DNA of 42,516 nt, taken from positions 1 to 42,516 of IMG/VR virus record IMGVR_UViG_3300020349_000356; one strand, 5' to 3'. Below the pieces are notes generated by a model, which did not search any database, was not told the DNA's origin, and saw only the letters and a list, made by a program, of their open reading frames with translations. The stretch comes from a virus. Lineage: Duplodnaviria > Caudoviricetes. Below, one piece after another: positions 38,479 through 42,516 of this stretch (its first letter is position 1; each line of letters begins with the position of its first letter). The translations under genes and the position numbers were made by a program.

Positions 38479-40352
38479 TGCTCAGTCCATTAATGCAGGG
38501 TGATAAACCACATTGGGAAGATAACTTTCCGGAAAGCGTTTGGGGAGCGTACGAAGATTTTAGAAATTTTTTATATTTAGTTTGGCAACACTTAGGACTG
38601 CCCGAACCTACGGCAGCGCAATATGAAATTGCACACCGTTTACAACACGGCGTTGATTCTTATGAACACTCGCAAGGTATCACCGTAGATAAAACCCGAG
38701 AAGATATTATACGTTGCTTTAGATCATTGGGTAAATCTTACATCACTTCTGCATATGCAATATGGAGACTGATGAGAAACCCTAGAGACGAAAAGATACT
38801 TGTTGTCTCTGCTACAGGATCTAAGGCTAAAGAATTCGTTGCACAAACAAAAGGTATCTTAGAGTCAATGGACTTAGTTCATTGGTTACTCGAAGGAAAC
38901 CGAGAGAATGGTGCAGCTAGAAGAGATATGGCTGATCAATTTGATGTAGGTAATGCATCCCTGTCGCAGTCGTATAGTGTAGCTGCGAGAGGTATTACAG
39001 GTCAGATTACAGGTAGTCGTGCGACTATTCTAATTGCTGACGATATAGAAGTCGAACGTAACAGTTTGACTGAAGAAGCAAGACAAAGAATTGTTAGAGT
39101 CATTCAATCAGACTTTGTTCCTATTACTAAAACAGAACACGGTAAGGGAGACATTATTCTCCTGGGAACACCTCAGACTGAAGAGTCTGTATATAACAAA
39201 CTAGTTACTGAGATGGGATTCAATTGTTTTACAATTCCTGTTAGATATCCAACAGAACCTAAGTTGAAAAACTATTTATTGACAGACAACAATACAGGAC
39301 AAGAAAAAGATATCTTAGCCCCGTATTTAAAAGATATGTATCTTAAAGGTAAGATTAACTCGGGAGATATTACCGACAAACGATTTGGTGAAGATGAATT
39401 AACTAAAATAGAAGCTAAAGGTAGAGCATCGTTTGCCCTACAGTATATGCTTGATACATCATTGTCTGATGCAGAACGTTATCCATTACGTCAATACAAT
39501 TTGATTACAATGGCAGTAAACCCAATGAAAGCACCAATGACGGTGCAGTGGGGTAGAGACAACGATAAGAACAATTATATTAAAGATATTCCTAATTTAG
39601 GATTTAGTGGTGATCACTTCCTGCGTCCATTGTTTATTGATAAGGAGTGGGAAACTCTAGAGTCTAAAGTACTGTTTGTTGATCCTTCGGGTCGTGGCGC
39701 CGACGAAACGGCGTGGGCAATCGTAGGAGCACTTAACGGCATAATGTATTTACTACACGTCGGTGGTACACAGGGAGATCCATCACAAGCTATGACACAG
39801 ATAGCTATTGATGCCAAAAAGTATGACGTACAAACCGTTGAGGTCGAGCCTAACTTTGGTCAAGGTATGTGGTTGGCAGCGTTCCAACCTGTACTAGCAA
39901 AGATATGGCCTGGCGGTTGTACGGTTGTAGAATCTGAGTGGGCTAAAGGACAAAAGGAACTACGTATTATTGATACGTTAGAACCTGTATTAGCACAACA
40001 CAGATTGGTCATTGATGAAGACCTTGCACGTGCACAGGCTCGTATGGATGACCACACGTTCTCTTTACTGTACCAATTAACACACGTAACGAGAGACAGG
40101 GGTTCACTAAAGCACGACGATAGGTTAGATGCTTTAGCAGGAGCCGTAGCACATTACCAACGCTCTATGGAACAGGATGTTGATGAGGCAGCTCAAGGTG
40201 TTCTTCAGACTCGTATGGATGAGGAGATAGAAGACTTTATTGAGTTTATGACCACAGGAGCACGTGTAGGAATGCGTGGAGTTAAACGAGATGGCGAACG
40301 AACAGAGGTTTGGATGTCAGACCGTAAAGGTAAGGCTTGGAATAAATATTAA
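38478..40352 (+). CDS. terL: Terminase large subunit (T7 gp19-like)
   Basis: FRSLGKSYIT, GITGQITGSRA, IADDIE, LGTPQ, VDPSGRGADET, HDDRLDALA. Confidence 0.97.
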   Translation: MLSPLMQGDKPHWEDNFPESVWGAYEDFRNFLYLVWQHLGLPEPTAAQYEIAHRLQHGVDSYEHSQGITVDKTREDIIRCFRSLGKSYITSAYAIWRLMRNPRDEKILVVSATGSKAKEFVAQTKGILESMDLVHWLLEGNRENGAARRDMADQFDVGNASLSQSYSVAARGITGQITGSRATILIADDIEVERNSLTEEARQRIVRVIQSDFVPITKTEHGKGDIILLGTPQTEESVYNKLVTEMGFNCFTIPVRYPTEPKLKNYLLTDNNTGQEKDILAPYLKDMYLKGKINSGDITDKRFGEDELTKIEAKGRASFALQYMLDTSLSDAERYPLRQYNLITMAVNPMKAPMTVQWGRDNDKNNYIKDIPNLGFSGDHFLRPLFIDKEWETLESKVLFVDPSGRGADETAWAIVGALNGIMYLLHVGGTQGDPSQAMTQIAIDAKKYDVQTVEVEPNFGQGMWLAAFQPVLAKIWPGGCTVVESEWAKGQKELRIIDTLEPVLAQHRLVIDEDLARAQARMDDHTFSLLYQLTHVTRDRGSLKHDDRLDALAGAVAHYQRSMEQDVDEAAQGVLQTRMDEEIEDFIEFMTTGARVGMRGVKRDGERTEVWMSDRKGKAWNKY

Positions 40353-40369
40353 CTTATAATGAGGAAACT

Positions 40370-40840
40370 ATGTTTACATTTAGCAAACGATCAATGGCAA
40401 ATCTTAAAGGCGTACACGAAGATTTGACAAAAATTATGGTAGAAGCCATCACTACATCACCAATTGATTTTGGAGTGTCGTGTGGTCTAAGAACAAAAGA
40501 TGAGCAAAGAGAATTAGTACGTGAGGGTAAATCCACAACAATGAACTCACGACATCTTACAGGACACGCAGTGGATATCTATGCGTACATCGATGGTGCA
40601 GCAAATTGGGAAATGCCTAATTATAAAACTATCGCTGATCACGTTAAGAGTATTGCAAGGAAGAATGATGTCGCTCTTGAGTGGGGTGGAGATTGGGAAT
40701 CATTTCCCGATGGCCCACACTTCCAATTGTCTTGGGGATCATATGTAGAAGAAAGTGAGATACCCGATGAAGATCAAGAGGAATCTATTGGCGAAAGACC
40801 TTCGGACACCGAAGTTCCGTCAGAGGATAGTGAGAAATAG
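40370..40840 (+). CDS. Endolysin, M15 family L-Ala-D-Glu peptidase
   Basis: GLRT, SRHLTGHAVD, WGGDW, DGPHFQL. Confidence 0.9.
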   Translation: MFTFSKRSMANLKGVHEDLTKIMVEAITTSPIDFGVSCGLRTKDEQRELVREGKSTTMNSRHLTGHAVDIYAYIDGAANWEMPNYKTIADHVKSIARKNDVALEWGGDWESFPDGPHFQLSWGSYVEESEIPDEDQEESIGERPSDTEVPSEDSEK

Positions 40841-41023
40841 GAAAAAATACACACGAAAAGGGCACTATGCCTTTAAAGGCGATATAAGAGCCGTAGAAGA
40901 GATATAGGGGGTCTGACGTATGTTTGGTCATTTAGTAGCAACATACGTGCTCCCTGCGCTTCCTAGAGAGCCGTTTTTGAAAAATGCCCCTAATTCGTAT
41001 GGGGATATTTTACCCGACGCACA

Positions 41024-41046
41024 TTCGAATCCCCCCAGGCACCCCA
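41024..41046 (+). other. tRNA 3'-end fragment, candidate attP core
   Basis: TTCGAAT (T-loop) CCCCC (T-stem 3') CAGGCAC (acceptor 3') C (discriminator) CCA with exact 7+5+7+1+3 spacing. Confidence 0.4.
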
Positions 41047-41323
41047 TTGACCAGGTTCCAGGAATCGATGGCAAAAAACCAGGTATCAACACGCCGACAA
41101 AATAAGAATTCATTACGTTGTCGTTACGTTGTTAAATTGACGATATTAAAACGCCTTACGTGGCGCCGTTCGTCGGTCGATATCAATATTGTTAATTACA
41201 AGATTTATTTATTTATTGGACGGCGTTTCGAATTGCTATCCGTCGAACCGTAAGAAAACCCGCCAAAATTTGAAATTCACGGTATCAATGCGAACCCGTG
41301 TAACACTGTTTTTTTAAAATAAT

Positions 41324-41351
41324 TTGACTTTAAGCGAAAAATAACAATAAT
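41324..41351 (+). promoter_or_regulatory. Candidate host sigma70 early promoter
   Basis: TTGACT-16 nt-AATAAT, AT-rich upstream element, about 55 nt before the first early gene. Confidence 0.45.
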
Positions 41352-41379
41352 GATTAATAACGACGTTTAAAAACGTCAA

Positions 41380-41413
41380 AACGTAAGACTAACGAAAGGA
41401 TTAAAAATGTACG
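41380..41413 (+). repeat. 34-nt leader repeat, copy 1
   Basis: AACGTAAGACTAACGAAAGGATTAAAAATGTACG; 33/34 to 42276-42309. Confidence 0.9.
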
Positions 41414-42204
41414 CTTATAAATCAATTGAGAAAATCACCGACGCAAATATCTCAAAACAGATTAACGAAAATAAATCGTTATTCGAAAAATTCCCGTCTA
41501 AATTAATGAGTATCGACGCCGACGCAAAAACAGTTAAAGGCGACAAAAAGAAAGTTAAAACGGGTATCATTTATTTGACGCCGTCAACAACGTTAAATTT
41601 TTATAATACTTGTCCAATGGCAGAATTGGCGGGATGTCAAAAAGCGTGTTTATATTCGGCGGGACGTGGACGGTTCAACAACGTTCAATTATCTAGAATT
41701 AGAAAGACGTTATATTGGATAGATCACCGTTCGGCGTTTCTAGATCAATTAAAAACGGAAATAATAAAAGAAAGTAAAAAAGCAATTGCGAACGGTTACA
41801 CGTTCGCCGTTCGTTTTAATGGTACTAGTGACATTCGAATTGAAAATTATTTTTGGGATGAAATGGTCGAATTAAATAAAACGTACGGCGTTAAATTTTA
41901 CGACTATACGAAAATAGCGAACCGTAAAATTTTAGATACTAACGTTTATGATTTAACGTTCTCATATAGCGGTATGAATTCGCTTTTTTCTCACCACGTC
42001 GAAACGGCTATTAAAAACGGTATGCGAATAGCCGTCGTATTTCGTGATAAAATATTACCGAAAAATTTTCTAAATATGAACGTTATAAACGGCGACGAAA
42101 CGGACGTAAGATTTTTAGATCCGCAAGGCGTCGTCGTCGGTTTATACGCTAAAGGCGACGCAAAAAAAGACTATAGCGGGTTCGTAGTTGACGCAATAGC
42201 ATAA
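41407..42204 (+). CDS. Gp88-like early protein with Cys triad (radical-SAM-like)
   Basis: CPMAELAGCQKAC, VRFNGTSD, FYDYTK, LTFSYS, GDETDVRFLD, VVGLYAKG. Confidence 0.7.
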   Translation: MYAYKSIEKITDANISKQINENKSLFEKFPSKLMSIDADAKTVKGDKKKVKTGIIYLTPSTTLNFYNTCPMAELAGCQKACLYSAGRGRFNNVQLSRIRKTLYWIDHRSAFLDQLKTEIIKESKKAIANGYTFAVRFNGTSDIRIENYFWDEMVELNKTYGVKFYDYTKIANRKILDTNVYDLTFSYSGMNSLFSHHVETAIKNGMRIAVVFRDKILPKNFLNMNVINGDETDVRFLDPQGVVVGLYAKGDAKKDYSGFVVDAIA

Positions 42205-42261
42205 TGCGAAACGGCGTCCATTGTGACGCCGTCCGTCGATAATATCGGCGCTGATGAGCAT
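42204..42261 (+). ncRNA. Hammerhead ribozyme 2 (type II permutation)
   Basis: Stem II AUGC(42204-07)/GCAU(42258-61); GAAA 42208-11; stem III ACGGCGUC/GACGCCGU; GUC 42231-33; stem I CGUCGAU/AUCGGCG; core CUGAUGA 42251-57. Confidence 0.93.
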
Positions 42262-42275
42262 AGGCAATATTCGGG

Positions 42276-42309
42276 AACGTATGACTAACGAAAGGATTAA
42301 AAATGTACG
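42276..42309 (+). repeat. 34-nt leader repeat, copy 2
   Basis: AACGTATGACTAACGAAAGGATTAAAAATGTACG. Confidence 0.9.
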
Positions 42310-42512
42310 TTTTTATAAAACACATAACGGATTTAGATTTAAGCGATAAATGGTTTTTATCTTTTATTATAAATATTCCGTTATTTTTAATAAATTGCTA
42401 TTTATTAGCAGTTTTTCAAAATGGGTGGATATTAACGGCTACGTTAATAAACGCCTTTATGATACCCGTATCAATGGCAATGGCTTTTATTGTTATTGAT
42501 AATAATAACTAA
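42303..42512 (+). CDS. Small two-TM membrane protein (69 aa)
   Basis: Same leader and RBS as the 41407 gene; two hydrophobic segments. Confidence 0.7.
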   Translation: MYVFIKHITDLDLSDKWFLSFIINIPLFLINCYLLAVFQNGWILTATLINAFMIPVSMAMAFIVIDNNN

Positions 42513-42516
42513 CGTA

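Larger units (their letters stand above)
40841..41379. other. Non-coding late/early junction; probable physical genome end region
   Basis: Lies between last late gene and first early gene; contains hairpins and short repeats; no credible ORF. Confidence 0.6.

Noticed and set aside
38769-38800. CTGATGAG...CGAAA inside terL resembling a hammerhead core
   Set aside because: The intervening sequence cannot form stem II and the flanks do not pair; explained by coding sequence
645-40536. Minus-strand ORFs and short out-of-frame plus-strand ORFs in the track
   Set aside because: Shadows of well-supported + strand genes in a unidirectional T7-like genome
40970-41046. Complete tRNA gene
   Set aside because: No 5' acceptor strand, D-arm or 5' T-stem strand; only the 3' 23 nt fit
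40920-41253. ORFs 40920-41105, 40928-41113 (-) and 40984-41253
   Set aside because: Mutually overlapping, no recognisable motifs, located in the structured junction region
41380-42309. 34-nt repeat as a CRISPR array or genome terminal repeat
   Set aside because: Only two full copies about 900 nt apart, each containing an RBS and ATG; no spacer periodicity

Overview
The window is a near-complete, circularly permuted genome of a T7-like podophage (Autographiviridae) with a gene set typical of marine members. All credible genes are on the + strand. The early region is split across the window ends (41.4-42.5 kb continuing into 1-1.5 kb, with some sequence missing between them, including the N-terminus of a C5 DNA methyltransferase). 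It is followed by a tyrosine integrase, single-subunit RNA polymerase, replication genes (SSB, RusA-like resolvase, primase-helicase, HNH, PolA, exonuclease, DUF3310, MazG-like, class II RNR), then virion, lysis and packaging genes. The best unexplained signals are non-coding. (1) Two complete type II hammerhead ribozyme folds (1077-1136, 42204-42261) each sit between a stop codon and the next RBS in the early operon, where T7 uses RNase III sites. (2) A 34-nt leader is repeated in front of the first early genes. (3) A 23-nt tRNA 3'-end fragment (41024-41046) is a candidate attP. (4) A five-copy motif is a candidate phage promoter. (5) CATG, CCTGA/TCAGG and CCGG appear strongly avoided. All family calls are from motif recognition and synteny by eye; no database search or folding program was run.
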